From Elsinoe ampelina (Eukaryota), in the NCBI GenBank assembly GCA_010093995.1, contig ML992523.1:20266-84265 (forward strand): a stretch of 64,000 bases of DNA. Direction: 5' to 3'. Both the position numbers and the translations under genes were made by a program. A model generated the notes under the pieces. The model was not told the origin of the DNA and searched no databases. It was given only the letters and a program-made list of their open reading frames with translations. Shown here piece after piece: positions 12,067 to 22,414 of this stretch. Numbering within the stretch: the stretch's first letter is position 1; every line of letters starts with the position of its first letter.

Positions 12067-13574
12067 ATGGCAAGCGAAATGCCATCCAGGCCTGTTGGCT
12101 CATACCCGCCAACTGGCATCGATGTCCTAGTCGTCGGCACAGGCTTAGCTGGACTGACCGCCGCTCTCGAGTCCATCCGTAAAGGTCACAATGTTCGTGT
12201 CTTGGAGCGCAACTCGGACATCAACACAGCTGGAGACATGTACTTCATGGGTCTTTCGGCGACAAAATTCTTCAAGCATTGGCCAGATATGCTAGACGTC
12301 TACCACCGCATCTCTATCCACGATGCCTACATCGAGACCTTCAAGCACGACGGGACCCAGATGATCAAGCCCATGAGGGTAGCCGACAGACTCCGAGCAG
12401 CAGGACTGGACCCTGAGACCCCTCCCGGCACATTCCAGATGCGCCCGCTGGTGTACAAGATGTTTGTGCAAGAAGTCGAGCGTTTGGGCGTCAACGTCGA
12501 ATTTGGAAAGAGAGTCGTGGAGTACTTTGAGGAAGGTGAAAGGGCTGGCGTTGTGACCGACGCTGGCGAGCGATTCGAAGCAGACGTCGTTATCGCGGCT
12601 GATGGTGTCGGATCAAAGGCACAGAAGCTCACCGGCGGCCAAGTTCGAGCCAAGTCCTCTGGAAGGGCCATGTGGCGAGCTGCCTTTCCTATCTCTTATC
12701 TGGACCAGAACCCGGAGGTTAAGGACTTCTTCTGCATGGTCAACGGCGATAAGCCCGTTGTGCGGACTTTCCTTGGCCCAGGCACGTACGCTCTCACACT
12801 GACAAGGTCCGATACAATCATCTGGATTCTGAACCACGATGTGACCGGCAGTGAAGCAGAGAGTTGGAATTCTACGATCGAGTATGACGAGGTTATCGAC
12901 GGTATGGACGAGATGGCTGGGCCCGGTTGGGCGCCCATCTTCAAGGACCTCATTCGCTGCACACCACCGAAGACCATCATCAACTTTGAGCTCCTATGGC
13001 GCAACCCACAACCAAGCTGGATCTCGCCCGGCGCCCGAGTCGTCCAAATTGGCGACAGCGCCCACTCCTTCCTTCCCGCCTCCGGAAACGGTGCTACCCA
13101 AGCCATTGAAGACGCCGTCACCATTGCCTCCTGCCTCCAAATCGGCGGCAAAGCCAACATTCCCCAATCCGTTCGCACCCACGTGCGATTCCGGTAAGCA
13201 CCCCTCCACCTAGCACTGCTCATCACTGACTTTTCGCTCACAGATTCATCCGCAACGCCTGCGCCCAAAAACTCGGCTTCTCTAACGCCGAACTCCTCCA
13301 AGAAACCGACTGGGACAAAGTCGCCCTCGACCCGCGCCGTGCACAGCCCAAGCTCCCCAAGTGGGTATGGTCACATGACCCGGAGCATTACGCATATGAG
13401 AACTACGACCTGGCTGTGCAGTCGATGAAGGCGGGGGTGAAGATGGAGGATGAGGACAAGTTCCCACCGAATTACCCGCCTGGGTACAAGTATGAGCCGT
13501 GGAACATTGAGGATATTATGGCGGATATGCGGGCTGGAAAGCCGATTGACTTGGGGGGTGGTGACTGGGACTGA
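12067..13574 (+). CDS. FAD-dependent aromatic monooxygenase (MAK1-like), 2 exons
   Basis: Motifs VVGTGLAG, VIAADGVGS and IGDSAHSFLPASGNGATQAIEDA. Intron 13194-13243; second exon reads FIRNACAQKLGF...GGDWD*. Confidence 0.92.
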
Positions 13575-13661
13575 GTAATTGAAGCGAGGTGGGGGTGTTG
13601 TTATTATTACTCTTGTGAGTAGTCGGTGATAGTTGAAGTATGCTGTGATTTTTGCTGCAGT

Positions 13662-14024
13662 TCACTTTTCGCCTGCTACTCTGACGTTGTTGTCCTTCAC
13701 TGGGTGAAGCTTGTAACGTTGGTGGTCGATGATCCTGTCCTTCATGTCTCCAAGCCATTCCACAGTCAGATAGCCACTCCCAAAGAAGAAGAGATGCTTC
13801 GCCATCACCCCGGACGAAGTGAGAATACAGACCGCACTTCGTCCTTGCTGAGAGCACAGGTCATGCGCCGTCACCATCTCACGCACACCTCCGCCCCAGC
13901 AAAAGTATGCCCCAGAAGCGGTCAGGCCTGTCGCAATCTTCCAGCGAGTCGTGGATGATGCGACGACTGAGGCAGAGTAGAACAGCAGTGCGACAAGCAG
14001 TCGAATAGGGTTCAAGGAGAGCAT
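13662..14024 (-). CDS. Small secreted protein, 120 aa, effector candidate
   Basis: Signal-peptide-like MLSLNPIRLLVALLFYSASVVA, 3 Cys, Kozak-like CCAATATG. No recognised domain. Confidence 0.5.
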   Translation of the reverse strand: MLSLNPIRLLVALLFYSASVVASSTTRWKIATGLTASGAYFCWGGGVREMVTAHDLCSQQGRSAVCILTSSGVMAKHLFFFGSGYLTVEWLGDMKDRIIDHQRYKLHPVKDNNVRVAGEK

Positions 14025-14798
14025 ATTGGAATGTTTGTTTGCTGGAGAGACTCGGATGACAGGCTGAGTCGGCGACCCAACAGTGCACTTATAGCTCGGT
14101 GCGTGACTGACTTGCCACTTTGTGATCACTTGAGAGGGTTACGGACAGGCGCTCAAGGCTTTAACCGTGGTAGTGCCAAGGAGGTAGTGCCGCGGCGTCT
14201 ACGAAGCGAGATTGACCGCAAAAGTGGTTGGATAACATGCATGCCTTCTCCATCGAGAATCTATGTCGGGCAAGCAAACGATGAAGCAATTGAGCTCTTA
14301 CCCTCGAATTCATTGCACAGTTCGACCTACCACCGGTTCGGCATACTTACGCTAGCTGTTGCGTCGATCAATATATGATGGCCATGCGACTCAATGATGC
14401 AGAGAGGTCATAATTAAAAGTCGGCCATGTCAGCAACCAAATTGCAATGAACGATCAGCGACAAGATGAAGACGAGCATGACGACGACGAGGTTCGTGAT
14501 CTCTCAGCCCGATATCGGACAATCATCGACGCCGACAGCGGACGCGCGGGATACAACCACTCCTCCGGACCTCCAAGGGCTCGCTTTATATTCCTGGTTG
14601 TATATATGCCTGTCGAAAATGCTCGTCGCGGCTCATCGTAGAGCATTTCTAATGGCATACTCAAGCGAATCATTGCATGGCACGCTAAAATTACCACGTA
14701 CATACCGTGAATGAGGATTACAACACTCTCACCTTTCCTCCCAGTCCAAGCATATCTTGCAACTCGACCTGGGCCAGACAATTTCACAGGAAGTCAAT

Positions 14799-16019
14799 AT
14801 GACGCACTCTTGGATGAATGCAAAGACGTATATGCCCGGTAGTCTTTCGCAATGCTCGGCTCGTCTCCACAGGGTCAGGAGTTTCGCCACTACCTCCCAT
14901 TGTTGCAAACAGCAACGAGCCCCAGCAGCTTACTACCGTGGTGGCGCATCCCGAGCCATCATGTTCCGTTCGCAGGATCTGCCCAAAGACAAGTCTCTCT
15001 GGCCACACATCTTCCGCTCCACGATTGGCTCCCCTGACTCTCATGGCCGCCGGCTAGATGGTATGGGCGGCGGATTGTCCTCTCTGTCCAAGGTCTGTGT
15101 CATCGGTCCTTCTGAAGATTCCAATGCGGATGTCGACTACACATTTGCAGCAATCGGCGTCAAGAACGACGAGGTTGACTTCAGCAGCAATTGTGGAAAC
15201 ATGACTGGAGCTGTGGGACCTTTCGCTGTCGACTCTGGTCTTGTGTCTCGTTCGGAGAATGGAAGCACAAGCGTAGCGATCAGGAACACTAACACCAACA
15301 AACTCATCCGAGCGACTTTCGAGGTTGAAGATGGCGAAGCGGTGGCGGATGGTGACTTTGCCATTGAAGGCGTGAGCGGTACCGCCTCAAAGATCCAGCT
15401 CTCGTTCTTGGACCCGGCTGGAGCGAAGACTGGTAGGATGCTGCCTACAGGAAACGTCACCGACATGCTGGATGGGATAGAAAGTACATGTGTCGACGTA
15501 GGCAATCCTTGCGTGTTCGTCAGGGCTGAGGATCTCGGTGTAAAGGGCTCCATGCTGGCTGAGGAGATCGAGGCTCACCCAACCTTGCTAAAAGCTCTGG
15601 ATGGAATACGCCGGAAAGCGGCAGTGGCCATGGGCATTGTGGATGACGAGAGCAAGGTACCTGGATCCATACCGAAGATCGCCATGGTCTCAGAGCCCCA
15701 TATACACAAGCTGGGCAGCGGACTTACCTTGGGTGAGGAGTCTTGCGACCTGGTCATCCGAGCTATCAGCGTTGGTCAGCCGCACAAGGCATGTCCGATC
15801 ACCGTCGGACTGGCGCTTGCCACCGCAGCTAAGCTCAAAGGCTCGACAGTACAGTCATGCGTCTCGACAAGTCCGGTGGATAACGACGGAATTACTCTTG
15901 GCCACAATAGTGGGAGGATGCTGGTAGGTGCTTCATTCGACGAGCAGGGCGCTGTGCAAGAGGCGACTGTATTCAGTACAGCTCGACGACTCATGGACGG
16001 CACTGTGTACTGGAAGTGA
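14799..16019 (+). CDS. PrpF / aconitate delta-isomerase family protein (DUF453)
   Basis: Motifs YYRGGASR, DGMGGGLSSLSKV, DVDYTF, NCGNM, DVGNP and TARRLMDG. Arg/Ser-rich N-terminus resembles a mitochondrial presequence. Start uncertain (14799 or 14832). Confidence 0.9.
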   Translation: MTHSWMNAKTYMPGSLSQCSARLHRVRSFATTSHCCKQQRAPAAYYRGGASRAIMFRSQDLPKDKSLWPHIFRSTIGSPDSHGRRLDGMGGGLSSLSKVCVIGPSEDSNADVDYTFAAIGVKNDEVDFSSNCGNMTGAVGPFAVDSGLVSRSENGSTSVAIRNTNTNKLIRATFEVEDGEAVADGDFAIEGVSGTASKIQLSFLDPAGAKTGRMLPTGNVTDMLDGIESTCVDVGNPCVFVRAEDLGVKGSMLAEEIEAHPTLLKALDGIRRKAAVAMGIVDDESKVPGSIPKIAMVSEPHIHKLGSGLTLGEESCDLVIRAISVGQPHKACPITVGLALATAAKLKGSTVQSCVSTSPVDNDGITLGHNSGRMLVGASFDEQGAVQEATVFSTARRLMDGTVYWK

Positions 16020-16094
16020 ACCACGCTGGCTTGCCGACAATCTAACATTAGACAAAACTGTCAGTCCGCATACCTTCATGTATACAGCCATGTT

Positions 16095-17845
16095 TTGAAA
16101 GTTCCAGACATCAGTGGTCGTCGTTCTGGAGATCTAGCGGTGTCTCCTGGTGCCGGTGAGCACGCCTCAGTCCGATGGTCTGACGTCAATTTCTACATCA
16201 ACTCTTCAGTCGAAACAACTCGCATGTCGACTGCGTTCTGGAGATCAAGCTCCGTTTCATCAAGGGACACAAGACCACAAGAAGAGAATACCCCATCGAT
16301 ATCATCGAAGCTCTCGAAGGGGATGCAGTCCGTCATCTCTGTCCGGTGACATGGATCATTATCCACATTTTCCGCCACAACGAGCTTGCTGGACCATCAA
16401 CTCCTGTTAATCTCATCCAGAATGCTCTCTCGAGCAAAGAGCAGCGACTACAATTTGCACATCCCGACTGGCCTGTACTATGTGCATTGTTTGATTTCCT
16501 CAGAGCAGCTAAGAGTGAACGGCACATGCCAGCCAAAGAGGTTGTATAGACTCTACGCAGCTAAGCAGCTGTGATGAAAGGACGGAGAGCCGTCATGCGA
16601 AGCCTACCGCGCTGCGCCCCGCGAGTCGTCGGGCGTTCTCACGGCCATACGAAGCTGGTCAGTCTGGTCACACCCACAGACTGTGTTGGATCATGCACCC
16701 CAAAATCCCGAGAGAAGCGCCAGTCCACCTAGGAGACCTGGTCCGTTACAGTACCATGTGCGTCACTCAATGATGAATTAAGCTCGATCTAAGCAAGCCA
16801 GCAATTACTCCACAACTTGAGGACATCTGCGCTGTGTTTGGTAGAGTTGGCCAAGTTGATGGTCGAATGACCCCGTGTGCACGGTGCCGAGGTCATGCTA
16901 TGGATGTAGCGTACACTCGCCCGAGTATAACAGTTGATGAACAGAGCGTCCGACGAGCTCTTGGTCATGCAGCATCTACGAGTCTTCGAGGCCTTACAGA
17001 TACTTACATCGGGCCAGTCGACGGCGACAGATACAACGACATTGCCAAGAATGACGACCGACGAGAGCGTCGGATGACAAAGGTTGCCGATCCTACTTCA
17101 CAGCCATCCAAGACGTCGTCTGACCGACTCGCCACTGGCGAAGCTGAAGCATACTTCAAGAGCAACAAGGATGAGCTCTTAAAGATGCTAACTTTCAAGA
17201 ATGTCAGTACGCATGCTACCTCCAAGAGCCCTCTCGGCGAACCAATATGCGTTTGTGCATCGATATGCCAGATCAGCAAGAGAGTCGGAGCCGACCAATC
17301 TCATCCCAGCAGCCCAAGCAGCTGCAAAGCTTGGATCCCGACAACCACTTGCCAACCTCGATGCCAAGAAGCACATCAAAGCTCCAGGACCGGCAAAGAA
17401 AGCGACTAGCAAAGCACAATCGAATCGCAAGCCGGACTCAGACTCTCAAACCCTATCAGCAGAGGAGCGTCAGAGATACAAGTGCATCGACCCTTCCATT
17501 CTCAACGATGGAGAGCAAGCTATGGTCAACGATGCCGAAGCAAGCGATATTGTTGCCCTTGCAACTGGTCAAATCGATCACTACGAGAATGAGCTCTTCG
17601 TGTCTATACTAGACGAGGAGTACCAACAACTCAGCGAAAACGTCCATGGGTTGACCGACATTGACTCTAATGTCAAGGACATGCTTGCATTCATCAACTT
17701 CTACAGCAAGTACAATACTATCAACAATTCCCACTTTGCAGCAGAGTGGTTGAAAGTCAAGAAAGACGAGAGTCAGTCCGATAGCACGATCGGCCAATTT
17801 GCTACCCAGGACGGGCCAGCAGAACTTCCCCTGTGGGAGGCCTGA
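16095..17845 (+). pseudogene. Fragmented tyrosine recombinase (Starship-captain/Crypton-like YR relic)
   Basis: Motifs in YR order across shifting frames: SGRRSGDLA...VRWSDV (box I Arg), KLRFIKGHK, HLCPVTWIIIHIFRH, PDWPVLCA, RMTPCARCRGHAMDVA (degenerate HxxRRG), VRRALGH, GLTDTY (Tyr). Several frameshifts and stops; no N-terminus. Confidence 0.65.
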
Positions 17846-18344
17846 CAGTTTCGTAGAGCAAGAGCCCTAGGAGTTGCCGCGACACGATTCAAGATACCAG
17901 CCAGAGGTACTGCGTAAAGTCTACGCAACGAGATGGCTGTAATGAAACGCCGGGGAGCGGTCGTGAAAGCACCACGGCACTCCGACCCACGAGTCGCTGG
18001 CCTCCTCGGCGCCTCGTTTCTGGTCATACATGGTGTATCTCTCGCGATATCCAGCACTTTATTTACTGCTGATGCAATTTCATTCCGTCTCACTTAGTCA
18101 CCTGCACATTTCAAGCATAATATCGACAGTACTATGACGAGCCTTGTCTATATACCGGATGCATCTGACATATCGAATTGCAGATCAACAGCCCTTGTCA
18201 GCAGACGAGGACAAAGGAAGCATCGTCATCAGACACGGCAGAGAAGACGACACGAGTAGGGCAAGCAGTATTCCATTGCGAATCATTACATGCAATCATA
18301 GCTCATAATCATCCCAGACTCCCAAGCAAATGCCTTTCATCCAT

Positions 18345-20332
18345 CTACGCACTAAAGCTTCTCCTCTTCTTGGTCGACAGCGTCGTCTTGGTCGACTTGC
18401 CCTTGTAGTTACTCGTCACCGTAATGCCAGCGCTGGGCTGCTTGGTGCTCCTGGCATTGTAGGTGAACTTGCCTCCTCCGGCGTTGACCATGGTGATGGC
18501 AGTGCCGGCGGTGGGGTTGTTGAGCTGGATGGTCAAGCGAGCGGAGCCGTCGAGGACGTTGCTGTGGGCGTTGACGGAGAGGGTGCCGCCTTGCTGGGTG
18601 GTGTAGGTATAGCTGTCGATGGTGACGGTGTCGACCGTGGTGGGGTCGTTGATGATTTTCACAATGTCGGTGGAGCCGGTCTTGAGGGAGGCGGACTTGA
18701 CTGTAAGCTCAAGCTCGTAAAACTCGCTGGTGGTGGTGATGTTGGGGAGAGTGAAGCTGCACTTGGAGGTGGTGGCGCCGCTCAAGGTGATGGGGTTGCC
18801 GGTCTTCTGAGCCCAGGAGTAGGAAAGGTCGCCCGAAGGGAAGGAGGCAGAGTTGGCGACAGAGCCGGTGAGGGCAGCGACCATACCAGCGCGGAGCGTC
18901 TGGTCAGCGCCAGCGTCAGCGGTGACTGCAGTGGGTGCTTCGCCACCTCCAGTGCCAGGTGCAGGGCAGTTGGTAGTGAAGGGAGTCGGGGCAGTGCCTC
19001 CAAGAGGCCAGGGCTTGAGCTGGCCCCAAACATCTCCATTATCATCGGGACCGGTGCCATCACGGAGGTGGACCATTTGGCTGAAGTCGTTGGGGCCTGG
19101 GATGCGGCCTGGAACAGTGGCCTCTGGGAAGATCCATTCGGTGACGGGCTGGACATAACGGCCAGCAGTGATCTGGCCACCGTTGGTAGCACGCGTGCCA
19201 GTAGAGGTGGTGACGAGGTAGTCGCGTGAGTACTTGGTCAAGGTGGATGCACCAGCACGCCAGATCCACTTGTTGCGGGCATCGCCTGCGCGGATACTGG
19301 CTGAACCGACGGAGGTGTATGTCTCCTTGCCGTCGCACGGGGACACGTCGATGCGGGAGATGGTGATGGCAACAGAGTCGTCGCTGGTGTAACCGACGAA
19401 GCGAGTATCAGCGTTCTCGATGTTGGCTGCAGCCTGGGTGTCGACTATGCCAATGATCGCTTCCTCAACGCGGATGTAAGGAGGCACACCGGTCGTCAGG
19501 ATCTGGACGTTTTGTGCGACGAGAGCATAGACGAGAGTCTCGCCATTGATGCGGACGCCAGAGTATTCGATGTAGTCACCAGGCTTGAGCGGAGCCATAG
19601 TAAGCGAGTCGGGAGCGGTGAAGGTGGTCTGTCCGCTTGGGCGATTGGATGAAGGACATTTTGCATCATCGGCGGATCTTGGTACGCACATGGGGAAGCC
19701 GCTGAATGCTAATGGTCTGTCAGATCTGCAGCCACAATCGAATCATGTGGTTGACTTACAGGAAATGCTGGGGTTCTCATCGTCGGCCGTGAACTCGGGC
19801 CTGGCTGTGTACCCAGCAGAGTAAACGGCATTTGGATCGTTGATGCGCAGAACTTGGCCAGTAGTAAGGGTAATCTTGCCATCAAATGCAAGACTGGCGA
19901 TGGTGCCTGCGGAGCCGCCGAGGAATTGGGAAATCTGCACCTGACCGGCAATAGCCACATCATCGACATAGTTGCCAACGACCTGGAGCAAGGTTAGCCA
20001 ATGAAGCGAGGGAAAATGATAGAGATGCACGTACGGCTACTTCCATACCGGTGAAGCCACCGCCGGCGACATTCTTGAACGGAACCCATGCAGCTGGGAA
20101 TTGGAACTGCAGATTTTGCGGGATGACGATGGAAAGTCCGTTGACTGAGATGCGGCCACCAGAGTTGAAGGCGGTCGAGTCTGCAGATGCACTGTGCGAC
20201 GTTAGATCGGATCTGGTGATTTCGGATCGGGGCAAGTACTAACGAGTCGAGTGCTCCTTGCACTGTGAAAGGAACAACGGCTGCATGAGCAATGGCCAGG
20301 AGGCCCGTGATGGCCACAAGCAGAAGTGACAT
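18345..20332 (-). CDS. Uncharacterised secreted protein with C-terminal PKD/Ig-like domains, 4 exons
   Basis: Signal peptide MSLLLVAITGLLAIAHA. Introns 20192-20243, 19983-20034 and 19709-19759. Core DDENPSI..FSGFPMCVPRS..D..CP..NRP; PKD-like TADAGADQTL...LSYSWAQKTG...ELELTV. Strong coding codon bias. Confidence 0.85.
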
Positions 20333-21373
20333 GGCAAAGGTGGGTATCACAAAGAAATACTTTGGAATGAAGATGAGAGGATGAGTACTGCAGGCACATG
20401 AGCAGTCTCGAGGGTGAACTTTATAGACTTACCGTATTGCTCAAAGTCAATGTGCTAGACGCCTCTTGAGGCGAACCATAGCAAGCGGGGACTGAGCGAG
20501 AATTGTTTGCGAGCTATCCCAGGCTATGGAGAAGCTATCCCGAACAGAGAGAGTCAGTCGGCAAAGGCCCCAAGGATTCTAGACAACGGTCTGGAGGACA
20601 AACGAAGTTGCAGCTTGTATGACGGTCGCCATGAGGAGGGCGTGACAAGGATACTTCTTCCGGTTCATGGCGTCGTTCCATATTGGGATTAAGCGATGCC
20701 CGAGTCGGAATTGGAGTCGAGAAGAAGCGCCACCGAGGCTGGATGTTCAGCAGGTGTAAGCATCACGATAACTGGTGGATATGCAGGCGGGCACGCCACG
20801 TGTCCCACCGAGACGACCGGGGCCACGGGCGATACAAGATTGACTTGATCTTGTGGAACCGAGAACACGGACAATGGCTTTGTGGCCCATATTAGCCTCG
20901 GGCGAGAGCGGTGGATGCAAACAGGCATCTGGAAGGGAAAAAGCACGCCAACAGTAGTGTGGCTGCACCAGCGAGCGGCTGTGACATGTTGATATTGGAT
21001 GGCACGGGCTGCAGCGTGACTGGTCAGAGGTCGGTGGTTAGACTCGGTCGGTCCTGGCTCGACGGATGAATTGTGGCAGAAGGCCATAGTGGGATCCGTG
21101 GTCTGGACGTGCATGACAAGATGTCAACTGGTCACGGCAATGAGCTTGTTGGGCTTGTTGGGCTTGTCTGATGGGCTTGACCATGGTTCGCAGGCAGCAG
21201 GTCGAGCCGTAAGCAGATACCTCGCGAGGGCAGCAGAAGTCGACCCGGTGGCGGTCTAGGGCACGGGGACAAGGTGAGAGACGATCCGGCAGCGAACGGT
21301 GAAGGAGCCGGGGCTGGTTAGTTAGTTTGGGAACGAGAGGAACGAGAGGAGGAACCAAAAGTGATGCCTTTTG

Positions 21374-21411
21374 CCGCCAAGCTCCGCCAAGCTCCGCCAA
21401 GCTCCGCCAAG
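21374..21411 (+). promoter_or_regulatory. Tandem 10-bp repeat (CCGCCAAGCT) giving four GCCAAG PacC-consensus sites
   Basis: GCCAAG at 21376, 21386, 21396 and 21406, near the centre of the divergent intergenic region 20333-22414. The PacC consensus is GCCARG. Confidence 0.5.
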
Positions 21412-22414
21412 GAAAGACTGATAGATTAAGTTCCAGAACGTTGGATCGCCGTTGACTTCCAACTTTGGTTTTCTTGTCATGAAGACACTTTTCTTAATCT
21501 CTTCCTTCGGTCAAGGCGGACGCCTCTTTTCCTCTGCCCTCCCCCTCTTCCACCATTCACGTCGCGATATTCCTGACAGCATCGCCGTCTGACACGATGG
21601 TCCCGCCATCCTACGTCCGAAAGAGGCAGGCCTCAGCTGGCCAAATCCGGAGCCCTGGTCATGGATCCACTCCCAGCCAGCATTTCCCAGCATTCTGGAC
21701 ACGTGCATATTGATGCAATTAATATAGTCATCACGTCGAGCCGCATCGTTCTCGCTTGTCCATGGACTAGTTGCTTGCCGACATGTCTCCAGACTACCTC
21801 ATCTCTGGTACCCTCCGATCCGCTCGGGGTGGCCAGAGCACGCCCTGGCTTTGACCTCCATTTGACCTGGCTACGGCTTGCCAGCATGGCTTGAGCTTCC
21901 ATATCTTCGTGTCAGCGGCGGGCATCACACTACAGTGCTGCATGAGCGCTCACTACCACGCGCCACCACCTTCCTGCCTTTCGTACCAGCGCGCTGGCAC
22001 GGTCGCGACTCGCTTAACGATTCAGACTTGGCCGGAAGTATATCGAGGCAATCAATGTGCTTCAGATGGTGTACCACCCGCTTGAGCCGCTGCCTGATAC
22101 TGGATTGGCCCTACCCTTCCGATGCCGTGGCGCCACGCCTATCAGATTTTTCCATTGAGCTTGTCATACGGATGCCTCTGGACTGTCCGAGAGGAATCGA
22201 ACACCGTCATGATCGGGAAAGTTCAACTTCTTGCGAGGTATCTAGCGGCATATCGCTTCTGCTCGTGATTGAAATTCGTCGGTCCTGGTAGTTATAAGTA
22301 TCGAGACCTTGGTCCTTGCAAGGCTTGTATCTCATTCAGACCATTTATCCTTTCCTGTTCCTGGCAGTGCACCCCTGGTCACTCTTAATTTTGCCATACC
22401 CGTATTTGGGAACG

